DNA of 31,643 nt from NCBI GenBank assembly GCA_963662265.2, contig CAXXHA010000026.1, positions 1 through 31,643 on the forward strand, written 5' to 3'. A program made the position numbers and the translations under genes. Position 1 is the stretch's first letter, and every line of letters starts with the position of its first letter. Positions 1 through 9,436 of the stretch are shown here, piece by piece. Source of the stretch: Spirochaetia bacterium (GTDB taxonomy: Bacteria; Spirochaetota; Spirochaetia; CADAEX01). The notes under the pieces are model-generated. The model ran no database searches. It was not told the DNA's origin and saw only the letters and a list, made by a program, of their open reading frames with translations.

Positions 1-12
1 TATCTTTGCCAT
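1..12 (-). CDS. Possible 5' end of a divergent gene (MAKI...) running off the window
   Basis: Minus strand reads ATG GCA AAG ATA from 12. TATATT (24-19) lies 6 nt upstream, the same geometry as pepT and higB. Only 4 codons are visible. Confidence 0.3.
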
Positions 13-247
13 GGTATAAATATAACCTAAAAACAGAGATATGTTTATAATATTACTATGTTGCTGTTGTGAAGATTGTGTGAACCTTTATATTTGAAGC
101 CTGAACCGGAAGTTTTTATTATTGTATTTTAAATTGCATGATATTGTATGATACTTGAACTGATATAGAGTTATATCATTTAAATAACTGTTATTGATAA
201 CCTGGAATATGTTTACTGTATATTTCAGCATTGTGTTGCGAGGATTT

Positions 248-1429
248 ATGGGTGAAAAGATAGAGAAAAAAAGCTGGCTATTCTTAAAATTCTGAAAGAT
301 ACAGGTACTCCTGTGCCGGGAAGCCTGATTACTGAAGAGCTTAACAGGATGGGTAACGAAATCAGCGAGAGAACAGTCCGCTTTCATCTGCTGGAGATGG
401 ACAGGGAGGGGCTTACCAGGAGCGCCGGGAAACTCGGTCGCGTCATAACCGAGAGGGGGCTTGAGGAGCTTTCCATTGCCAGAATTTATGACAAGGTCGG
501 TTTTCTTACCGCCCGTATAGATGATATTACTGCCGCTCAACATATAACCTCACTACCGGGGAAGGTAATATAATTATCAATGTCAGCCTGATTAAAAACT
601 CGGAACTGCCGGAGGCGGTTGATCTTCTGCATGAAAGTTTTACATCAGGATACACAATGGGTGAGCTGATAACCCTTTTTGAACCTGGAAAAAATGCTGT
701 GTCAGTAAGCAGTGACAGAATCAGTTCAGGAAACAGGTCCGGAATCAGCAGGCATGAGGGGGTAAAGTCTCAGGGGTATTCCAGTTTGGGAGGGATTGAA
801 GAATCCGGAAGCGTTTTTTCGAAAAGCGGAAGGTCTGCAGGCAGGGTATCAGATTCGGCAAATAGTGAGATCAGCCCTTTTTCTTCCCCGGTCCATATTC
901 CGTGGGGATATACAGGTATCGGTACTGTCAGTTCAATAAACATAAATTCGATACTCCTTAAAATGGGAATCCCTGTGAAATCCGTGTTCGGGGGAATTCT
1001 TGATATATCAGAAAAAGCCCCGGTCCGCTTTCTTGAAATAATCAAATACGGGGGGACAAGTATTGATCCTCTTGAGGTTTTCATAAAAGGGAAGATGACA
1101 GATCTCGCCGGGGTTCTGAAGTCGGGAAGCGGCAGGGTAGGGGCGAGTTTTATCGATTCCCTGAAAGCTGCAGGAAAAAGGTGACAGAGGCAAATCTCCA
1201 GATAGAGGGGGAAGGGCTCGGCAGTCTTTTCGCGACAGGATGGCCTGGAAAAGAGCTTTTTGATATCCCTGTCAATGAGGGACGGGTCGGAGGAGTTGCT
1301 CCCGGCGGCTTAAATGCCGTTGCATATCTTGAAGAAAAGGGTATTTCTGTTCAGTCAAGCGCTTTATCAGCACTTGTGGATATAAAACAGATGTTTTCAT
1401 ATCGTGAACTTAAAAACAGGATAAGATAA
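248..1429 (+). CDS. nrpR: NrpR-family (DUF128) nitrogen regulator, winged-HTH plus one NRD domain, split by three apparent 1-nt deletions (~266-272 A-run, ~530, ~1156)
   Basis: AGGA then ATG at 248. Joined frames read MGEKIEK..KLAILKILK...ISERTVRFHLLEMDREGLT...GRVITERGLEEL (wHTH), then GNIIINVSLI, GIGTVSSININSILLKMGIPV, RFLEIIKYGGTSIDPLEVF, GASF, GGLNAVAYLEEKGI, typical of NrpR/DUF128. ORF-track pieces 313-573, 657-1184 and 1181-1429 are fragments of one ~394-aa gene. Confidence 0.85.
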
Positions 1430-1456
1430 TCCGGCATTTTGCCGGATATTAATTTT
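1429..1456 (+). terminator. Hairpin right after the nrpR stop, likely intrinsic terminator
   Basis: ATCCGGCA-TTT-TGCCGGAT (1429-1447) followed by an AT/T-rich tract. Confidence 0.6.
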
Positions 1457-1542
1457 AATTCTTACTTTTAATATCCATTAAATAAATAATCTCCAAAATA
1501 TCTATAGAAATGTTAGAAGTTCTTTAAAGAGACCGGCTAAAG

Positions 1543-1572
1543 TTGACATGGTGGTAACGGGGGTGATATGTT
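1543..1572 (+). promoter_or_regulatory. Sigma70-type promoter for gltBD
   Basis: TTGACA (1543-1548), 18-nt spacer, TATGTT (1567-1572) with extended -10 TG at 1564-1565. Confidence 0.6.
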
Positions 1573-1599
1573 CTTTCAATCAAACGGCAATGACTTGCC

Positions 1600-1690
1600 A
1601 CTTGCAAAACTTGTTTTGCAATAGCGACAGGGACTTTCCATGGGAAAGTGCCCGAAAGCGAAGTATGACTTGCAAAACTTGTTTTGCAAT
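1600..1690. repeat. Two identical 23-bp copies (ACTTGCAAAACTTGTTTTGCAAT), each containing a 9-2-9 palindrome, flanking a central hairpin
   Basis: Copies at 1600-1622 and 1668-1690. Core is TTGCAAAAC-TT-GTTTTGCAA. Central element GGGACTTTCC-ATG-GGAAAGTGCCC at 1630-1653. Confidence 0.95.
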
Positions 1691-1702
1691 CGATAGGAGA
1701 AC

Positions 1703-4700
1703 GTGATGGAACAAAAAACCCTGTACAGAAAGTCTTATGAGCATGATAACTGCGGTGTCGGTTTTATAGCTGATATAAACGGTAATCAGAGTCATGAAAT
1801 TATTACAAAAAGTCTTGTGATTCTTGAAAATCTTGAGCACCGGGGAGCTTCTGCCGGCTCGGAAAAGGTGGGAGACGGCGCAGGAATCATGTCAGCTGTT
1901 CCACATGAATTATTTTCTGATTATGCGGAAAAGAACAGCCTGAACCTCCCTCCGAAGGTAGCTACGGGGTCGGGATGTTTTTCCTTCCGTCAGGCAGGAA
2001 TGAGATAAAAAACATAAAATATGATATTGAAGCCTCTGTTTCATCTGAAGGGGGAGAGCTTCTTTTCTGGAGAGATGTCCCTGTAGATCCTTCTGTGCTG
2101 AGCGAGACTGCAAGAAAATCAATGCCTGTCATCAGCAGCACTTTTTGTCTCATTCGGAAAGCTGAAGGGAGAAGCTCTTGAAAAGAAGCTTTATATGCTC
2201 AGGCGTATCATTGAAAAAAAGATTACACCGAAGTATTCGGTAGATCAATTTTATATCCCCTCTTTCTCCGCAAACACGGTTGTCTACAAGGGGCTGTTTG
2301 TCGCTCCCCAGGTTGCATCCTTCTATCAGGATCTCAATAATACACTCTTTAAAAGCGCATTTGCTGTAGTTCACCAGAGATACAGTACAAATACATTTCC
2401 TTCATGGCCCCTTGCCCAGCCTTTCAGGTATGTTGCACACAATGGGGAGATAAATACCATACACGGCAATATAGATAGGATGAAAGCCCGGGAGAAATCA
2501 ATACTCACGACTGCAGCCATGCCTGATTCTTCGTTTACGGAAGAGGATTTCTGCAGAACTGTAATGCCTGTAATAAATGAAGATTTAAGCGATTCCGGCT
2601 GTTTTGACAATGTCTATGAACTTCTCCTTCACAGTGGAAGAAGCGCTGAACACAGTATAATGATGATGGTTCCCGAACCTTTCAGCGCTGAGTATCATAT
2701 CAGCCAGGACAGGAGGGCGTTTTACCAGTACCATGCTGCCCTGATGGAGCCGTGGGACGGGCCTGCTGCTCTTGTTTTTACAGACGGCAGAAGAATAGGC
2801 GCGACCCTGGACAGAAACGGGCTCCGCCCTGCAAGGTGGTGTATTACCAGAGACAATATAATGATACTGGCATCTGAGGCTGGTGTAATAGAAATCGATG
2901 AGGAAAATATAAGGGAAAAGGGGCGTCTTTCGCCCGGAAGAATGATTATTGCGGATCTCGACAAGAAGAGAGTTATTTCTGATAACGAGATCAAGGCTGT
3001 TGTTTCAAGGCAGAAACCATACAGGAAATGGTTCAACGAAAACCTCCTGGAGCTTAAAAACCTTTTCCAGCCTCCTGAATCATCAATTATTGAAGAGGTT
3101 GATATCTCGTATCTGACAGACATGTTCGGGTATTCGGATGAAGATCTTAAAGTGACTCTAAAGACTATGGCAGAAACTGCCGGAGAGCCGGTTATTTCCA
3201 TGGGCAATGATACTCCCCTTGCTGTCCTGTCAGGAAAGCCTCAGCTTATGTACAACTATTTCAAGCAGCATTTTGCCCAGGTGACAAACCCTCCGATAGA
3301 CCCGTTGAGAGAGCGGATTGTAATGTCGCTGATGAGTTTTATCGGAAGGGAACAGAACCTTCTTACAGAGACTCCTGAACACTGCAGGCAGATAAAACTC
3401 AATCATCCTGTTCTTACCAATGATGATATAAAGAAGCTGATTGAAATTGAAATAGAGGGGCAGAGAACAGAGGTCCTGAAATCATTTTTCTACCCTTCCG
3501 GTGATAATGCTCTGCAGCTTGAGAATGCTGTAAAAAAACTGTGTGAAAAAGCTGAAAACCTGATCGACAACGGTACGACTTTTGTTGTCCTCAGCGACAA
3601 GAATCCTGAGCCGGGGCAGGTGCCGGTGCCCCCGCTTCTTGCTGTTTCTGCTGTCCATAACTACCTTTCAAGGCAGAAGAAGAGGCATCTTGCAGGGTTG
3701 ATTGTTGAAACCGGCGAGGCAAGGGAAGTCTTTCATTTCGCGACACTTCTCAACCTGGGTGCAAGCGCTGTAAATCCATATCTTGCATTCGAGCTTATCA
3801 ACTACATGAAGAAAAGGGGAATGATTGATAATTCCGTTAAAACAGATATCGCGTTTGAGAATTATATAGATGCTGTAAAGAAAGGGCTTCTCAAGATCAT
3901 GTCAAAGATGGGAATTTCCACAATAAGGAGCTTCAGGGGAGGCGGTATTCTTGAGGCTGTAGGCCTTTCCGATGATCTTATAAAGAAGTATTTCCCTTCT
4001 GTAATATCAAGAATCAACGGTATAGGTATAAATGATATTGCAGAGGCTGCTGTTTCCAGGTTTGAAAAGGCAGAGGAAAACAGGGGAGATGAGAACCGCT
4101 TTTTCATCAATCCCGGAAACCTTCACTACAGGAAGGGCGGCGAAAAGCACCTGATGTCTCCCGAAGCCATAGTACTTCTTCAGAGAGCTGTGAGGGAAAA
4201 CGACTATTCCCTCTACAGGAAATATGCACAGGAGATTGAGAAGAATTCCGGAAGCCTCAATACAATAAGGTCTCTTTTCAGGTTTAAGAAAATGATACCT
4301 GTTTCGCTTGATGAGGTTGAATCTGTTTCTTCAATAGTAAAAAGATTTGTTTCCTCGGCAATGTCTATGGGATCATTGAGCAGGGAGGCCCACTATACCC
4401 TTGCAAGCGGAATGAACCGCCTCGGGGGAATGAGCAACTCAGGCGAAGGTGGTGAGGATGAGGAAAGATATACTATTGCTGAAGACGGAAGCGACTACAG
4501 GAGCCGTGTCAAGCAGATAGCATCCGGCCGTTTCGGTGTTACAAGCAGCTATCTTGTTAATGCTGATGAACTACAGATAAAAATTGCCCAGGGTGCAAAG
4601 CCTGGCGAGGGGGGGCAGCTTCCCGGCTACAAGGTGAACAGCATAATTGCAAGGATCAGGTGTTCAACTCCCGGTGTCACTCTCATATCGCCTCCGCCGC

Positions 4701-6241
4701 ACCACGATATCTATTCGATTGAAGACCTGAGCCAGCTTATTTATGACCTCAGGAACGGAAACCCTTCAGCCAGGATTTCCGTGAAGCTAGTATCTGAAGC
4801 AGGTGTAGGCACAGTTGCCGCAGGTGTTGCCAAGGCAGGTGCTGATATGGTCCTTATAAGCGGCCATGACGGAGGGACAGGGGCAGCTCCTGTATCATCA
4901 GTCAAGTATGCGGGACTCCCCTGGGAACTTGGTCTTGCAGAGACACAGCAGACTCTTGTCAGGAACAACCTGAGGGGAAGCGTTAAGATACAGGTGGACG
5001 GACAGCTGAGGACAGGGCGTGATATTGCGATAGCTGCTCTCCTCGGAGGAGAGGAATTCGGTTTCGGAACAGTTTCACTCGTCTGCATAGGGTGTATCAT
5101 GATGAGAAAATGCCATGATAACGGATGCCCTGTGGGGGTTGCGACCCAGGATCCTGAACTCAGGAAAAATTTCAAGGGGAAACCTGAGCATATAATAAAC
5201 TTTATGATGTTTACAGCCATGCACCTGAGGGAAATTATGGCATCTCTCGGATACAGGACTCTCGATGAGATGACAGGCAGGAGCGAGTCTCTTGAGACAG
5301 ATACTGACAATCCTGCTGTAAGTGAGAAGAATCTTGATTTTTCCGCAATACTTGCCCCTTCAGATATTGAATTTAAAAATCCTGTGAAATTTGTTTCATC
5401 CCCGCTGAATGAATGCAGGGACGAGCTTGAAAGCAGGATGATCAAGGCATTCTCTGGCAATATTGAGAAGAAAACTGCAGGGAATTTTTCTGCAGATATA
5501 AGAAATATAAACAGGTCGACAGGAGCAAGGTTGTCATCGGTAGTCTCAGGGCTGTTCGGTTCAAAAGGTCTTCCTGAAAAGACGCTGAATGCAGTTTTCA
5601 AAGGGACAGCGGGACAGAGTTTCGGAGCATTTCTTGCGCCGGGTATAAGCCTGGAAGTTGAGGGAGAGGTCAATGATTATCCCGGAAAAGGGCTTTCAGG
5701 CGGGATGATTTCCGTGTACCCGTCGGGCGAAGCAGGGTACAGGGCAGGAAGCAATGTGATTGCAGGTAATGCGGCGCTTTACGGTGCGACATCGGGAAAG
5801 GCATTTTTTTCCGGTATTGCCGGAGAAAGATTCTGCGTGAGAAACAGCGGAGCAGTTGCTGTTGTCGAGGGTGTCGGCGACCACGGGTGTGAATACATGA
5901 CCGGCGGTATTACTGCAGTTCTCGGGAAAACAGGGAACAACTTTGCGGCTGGAATGAGCGGCGGTGTCGCCTATGTCCTTGATAAGGACCAGCTTTTTGA
6001 TACCAGGTGCAACCTCGAAATGGTGAATATTGAACCTGTAATTATGAGGCGGGACAGGGCTGAACTTGAAAGCCTCATCTTTGAGCATGTTGAAATGACA
6101 GGCAGCGAAACCGGAAAGGATATTCTTTCAAGGTGGGACGAGATGTGGCCGCTTTTTGTCAAGGTTGTTCCGTTTGAATACGGGGCTATCATGAAGGAAG
6201 CCTGGGCTGAAGAGGAAAAGAGCCTGCTGGTTGCAGGGTAG
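1703..6241 (+). CDS. gltB: Glutamate synthase large subunit, with two compensating frameshifts near 1953 and 2140
   Basis: SD AGGAGA 1695-1700. EHDNCGVGF (amidotransferase Cys), LEHRGA, GDGAGI, HQRYSTNTFPSW, HNGEIN, EPWDGPA, FAQVTNPPID, QGAKPGEGGQLPG, SPPPHHDIYSIEDL, CIMMRKCH..CPVGVATQ (3Fe-4S), GCEYMTGG. ORFs 1703-2008 and 2195-6241 share a frame; 1975-2181 bridges them. Confidence 0.96.
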
Positions 6242-6275
6242 AAGTTTTCCTGTTCTTGTAAAGATATTCAGTATA

Positions 6276-6304
6276 TGTGTTCTGCATTTTTAATGCAGAA
6301 CATA
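6276..6304. other. Intercistronic stem-loop between gltB and gltD
   Basis: TGTTCTGCATT-TTT-AATGCAGAACA (6278-6302), perfect 11-bp stem. Confidence 0.65.
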
Positions 6305-6450
6305 AAAAGCGCTATAAGTTTGATAATGAAATGCAGGCTTGCAATTTTTCAGGGAGCTTGTAGAAAGTATTTCAGGCACTTTGAAACAGAGCCTGCCGGG
6401 ATGAAAAACGGCAGCCTGTTTAATGGCGGTATTAAAAAAGAGGTATAAAT

Positions 6451-7887
6451 ATGTCAGCTAACAGAAATTTTCTGGAAAAAGATAAGGTGAAGGCTGTTTA
6501 TCAGCCTGTCGAGGAAAGGACAGTTCATTACAGGGAATTTGCTCAGTACCCGGATGAGAAGATGATAGAGGGGGAATGTACAAGGTGCATGGACTGCGGA
6601 ACTCCGTTCTGCCATTCGGTAGGCTGTCCCCTTGGGAACCTGATTCCCGAGATCAACAGTTCTGTCGCAAGAGGCGACTGGAAAGATGCATATCTCAGGT
6701 TATCGGCAAGAAACAATTTCCCCGAGATTACAGGCAGGCTGTGCCCTGCTCTCTGCGAGGCTTCCTGTTCACTGTCAATAAGCGGGAGTTCTGTATCTTT
6801 CAGAAATGTTGAATACCGCATTGCAGAAAAAGCATTTTCGGAAGGGTGGGTAAATCCGCAACCTCCCGAAACTGAGAATGGTATAAAGGCGGCAGTGATC
6901 GGTTCAGGTCCTGCCGGTCTTGCTGCAGCTCAGCAGCTGCGGAGAAAGGGGTTTTCCGTAACTGTTTTCGAGAAAGAGAAACTGCCGGGGGGGCTTCTGC
7001 GGTACGGTATCCCTGCATTCAAACTTGAAAAATGGATTCTTGACAGAAGAATTGAAATACTCGGGAAAGAGGGGATTGTGTTTGAGACTGAAGTAAATGT
7101 GGGAGAGGATATTTCACCCGCATATCTGAAGCGGAGTTTTGATGTGATCGTCATGACACAGGGAAGCTCTGTTCCCCGTGATGTCAATGCTCTCGGGAGG
7201 GGGCTTGAAAACATATGCTTTGCGATGGACTATCTTTCAGGCATAAACAGGACGCTCTCGGGAGAGGAGAATGGTAAGAATCTTATCTCGGCCGAAGGAA
7301 AGCGGGTGCTTGTCATAGGCGGGGGAGATACCGGATCAGACTGTATCGGGTCTGCGGTAAGGCAGGGGGCTGATAAAATCTGGCAGTATGAGATTATGGA
7401 TGAGCCGCCCGAGTGGGCTGATACTTCAAACCCTGCATGGCCCTACTGGCCTGTAATAAAGAGAATCTCAACATCCCAGGAAGAGGGGGGGGAAAGAGAC
7501 TGGGGAGTCGAGGTTTACCAGTTTTCAGGACGTGATATTGTGGTTGAGAAGGCCTGGTGCAGAAAAATAGAATGGTATAATGATTTCGGCAGGGATGGAA
7601 AACCAGTGAGAAAGTACAGGACTGTTGAAGGATCAGAGTTTCAGCTTGATGTTGATCTTGTAATAATTTCAGCCGGATTTCTCCATGTAGAGCAGGGAAG
7701 GCTTCTCAACAGCCTCAAGGTGAAGTATGACAAAAAGGGCAATATAAGGACTGACGGAAAGGGGCGGACAACTGCGGATAATATATATGCGGCAGGTGAC
7801 AGCGCATCAGGCCCGTCTCTGGTTGCAAGGGCGATTAACAGCGGGAGGATTGCGGCAGAAGCAGTTATTGAGGATTTTGCTTTATAG
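6451..7887 (+). CDS. gltD: Glutamate synthase small subunit
   Basis: RCMDCGTPFC..GCPLGNLIP, NNFPEITGRLCPALCEASC, IGSGPAGL, GGGDTGSDC, YAAGD; follows gltB; SD GAGG. Confidence 0.96.
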   Translation: MSANRNFLEKDKVKAVYQPVEERTVHYREFAQYPDEKMIEGECTRCMDCGTPFCHSVGCPLGNLIPEINSSVARGDWKDAYLRLSARNNFPEITGRLCPALCEASCSLSISGSSVSFRNVEYRIAEKAFSEGWVNPQPPETENGIKAAVIGSGPAGLAAAQQLRRKGFSVTVFEKEKLPGGLLRYGIPAFKLEKWILDRRIEILGKEGIVFETEVNVGEDISPAYLKRSFDVIVMTQGSSVPRDVNALGRGLENICFAMDYLSGINRTLSGEENGKNLISAEGKRVLVIGGGDTGSDCIGSAVRQGADKIWQYEIMDEPPEWADTSNPAWPYWPVIKRISTSQEEGGERDWGVEVYQFSGRDIVVEKAWCRKIEWYNDFGRDGKPVRKYRTVEGSEFQLDVDLVIISAGFLHVEQGRLLNSLKVKYDKKGNIRTDGKGRTTADNIYAAGDSASGPSLVARAINSGRIAAEAVIEDFAL

Positions 7888-7972
7888 TGCCCGGAATAAT
7901 GCAGAATTTATACCTGCAAACAGTGCTTAAGGCTTATACTCCTTCTTTAAAATGCCCCGGGGCGGAATTATC

Positions 7973-8001
7973 TTTACTATATTTGTCAGGCGTTATATAT
8001 T
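7973..8001 (+). promoter_or_regulatory. Promoter predicting a leaderless pepT mRNA
   Basis: TTTACT (7973-7978), 17 nt, TATATT (7996-8001), 6 nt, ATG 8008; no SD. Confidence 0.55.
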
Positions 8002-8007
8002 TTTTAC

Positions 8008-9249
8008 ATGTTTGATAATAATTTTGAAAAAAAGCTTCTTGATAATTTTTTAAGATATGTAAAGATTGAGACAACTTCAGACCCGACATCAGGAAAGACT
8101 CCTTCCACAGATACACAGTGGATCCTTCTTGAAATGCTCAGGGATGAACTGGAATCCATAGGGCTTTCTGAGGTTGTTCTTGATGGAAACGGCTATATAA
8201 GGGCTGTAATACCTGCATCTGAAGGATATGAGAATGCGCCTGCAATAGGTTTTCTTTCCCATGTAGATACCTCGCATGATGTCTCAGGCAAGGATGTTAA
8301 ACCGATAATTCATGAAAAATATGACGGCAAGGCTATAAAGCTTGGGGAATCTGTTCTTGATCCCGAGGAATACCCGCTTCTCCTTGATTACGTGGGAAGA
8401 AAGATTATTACATCTGACGGTTCAACCCTGCTTGGCGCTGATGACAAGGCGGGAATTGCTGAAATAATAACAACTGCTGAATTTCTCATGCAGAATCCTG
8501 ATATAAAGCATGGCAAGATTGAAATCTTTTTCACTCCGGACGAGGAAATCGGGAAGGGTACTATCTTCTTTCCGTATGACAAGGCTGAATCAAAATTCTG
8601 CTACACTTTTGACGGGGATGCAGAGGGTGTTGTTGAATATGAATGCTTCAATGCATATACAGTCACTGTAAGAATACAGGGGCAGGTGATTCATCTTGGA
8701 TCTGCAAGGGGAAAGCTGGTAAATGCTCTCAAGGTGGGGGCTGAATTTATTTCCATGCTTCCGGGATCTGAGAGTCCTGAATCAACAGACGGAAGATACG
8801 GCTACTACTGTCCTCTTCAGATGAAGGGGGGGCTTGAAAGCGCCAAATTCCAGATACTTCTCCGTGATTTTGAAACAGAAGGAATGGAGAGGCGGATAAG
8901 CAATATCAAAATCATTGCAGAAACTCTGGAAAAGCTTTATCCGGGCTGTTCAATTGAACTTGAGTTTGATGAAAGTTATAAAAATATGAAAACCTACATT
9001 GATAAGGACAGAAAAGTTGTAGATTTTCTCTATGAAGCTGTTGAGATGACCGGTATAAAAATTGTAGACAAGATTATCCGGGGAGGGACTGACGGTGCAA
9101 GGCTTGCCGAGATGGGCATCCCGTGTCCCAATATTTTTACAGGAGGATCAAACTTCCACAGCAGGATTGAATGGGCTGCAGTTCCTGCAATGCTGAAATC
9201 CTGTGAAGTCATGGTTAATCTTTCTAAATTATGGGGAGACAAGGGGTAA
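8008..9249 (+). CDS. pepT: Peptidase T (tripeptide aminopeptidase, M20B)
   Basis: FLRYVKIETTSD, GFLSHVDTS, TSDGSTLLGADDKAG, FTPDEEIG, IRGGTDG, PNIFTGGSNFHSRIEW. Confidence 0.95.
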   Translation: MFDNNFEKKLLDNFLRYVKIETTSDPTSGKTPSTDTQWILLEMLRDELESIGLSEVVLDGNGYIRAVIPASEGYENAPAIGFLSHVDTSHDVSGKDVKPIIHEKYDGKAIKLGESVLDPEEYPLLLDYVGRKIITSDGSTLLGADDKAGIAEIITTAEFLMQNPDIKHGKIEIFFTPDEEIGKGTIFFPYDKAESKFCYTFDGDAEGVVEYECFNAYTVTVRIQGQVIHLGSARGKLVNALKVGAEFISMLPGSESPESTDGRYGYYCPLQMKGGLESAKFQILLRDFETEGMERRISNIKIIAETLEKLYPGCSIELEFDESYKNMKTYIDKDRKVVDFLYEAVEMTGIKIVDKIIRGGTDGARLAEMGIPCPNIFTGGSNFHSRIEWAAVPAMLKSCEVMVNLSKLWGDKG

Positions 9250-9304
9250 TAAATTACCCGTTTTCTGAAAAATATAATATATAAGATATATTGATGAATC
9301 TGCG

Positions 9305-9341
9305 GACCTCATACATGTTGCATGTATGAGGTCATTTTTTT
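9305..9341 (+). terminator. Intrinsic terminator after pepT
   Basis: GACCTCATACATG-TTG-CATGTATGAGGTC (13-bp perfect stem), then ATTTTTTT. Confidence 0.85.
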
Positions 9342-9395
9342 CCATATTTACATTTTTTTTACTTCATTACTCTGTTTTCTTCTTTTAACCGCTAT

Positions 9396-9423
9396 TTGAA
9401 AAAAAAATACACTATGTTATACT
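9396..9423 (+). promoter_or_regulatory. Sigma70-type promoter for the lipoprotein gene
   Basis: TTGAAA (9396-9401), 16 nt, TG-n-TATACT (9418-9423). Confidence 0.5.
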
Positions 9424-9436
9424 TAATATTGGAAAG

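Noticed and set aside
266-272. Programmed frameshift or phase variation at A-runs in nrpR (and recB 30174-30181)
   Set aside because: Many neighbouring indels, some outside homopolymers, are better explained together as assembly error.
88-543. 151-aa minus-strand ORF
   Set aside because: Overlaps the NrpR HTH coding region and AT-rich intergenic DNA; no recognisable protein features.
690-890. Intein in NrpR
   Set aside because: Too short and no C-terminal His-Asn followed by Cys/Ser/Thr.
1600-1690. Mini CRISPR array
   Set aside because: Only two 23-bp copies, the intervening sequence is itself a hairpin, and there are no cas genes in the window.
4741-5673. 310-aa antisense ORF inside gltB, and the many smaller antisense or alternate-frame ORFs
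   Set aside because: Shadow frames of well-supported genes, with no recognisable motifs.
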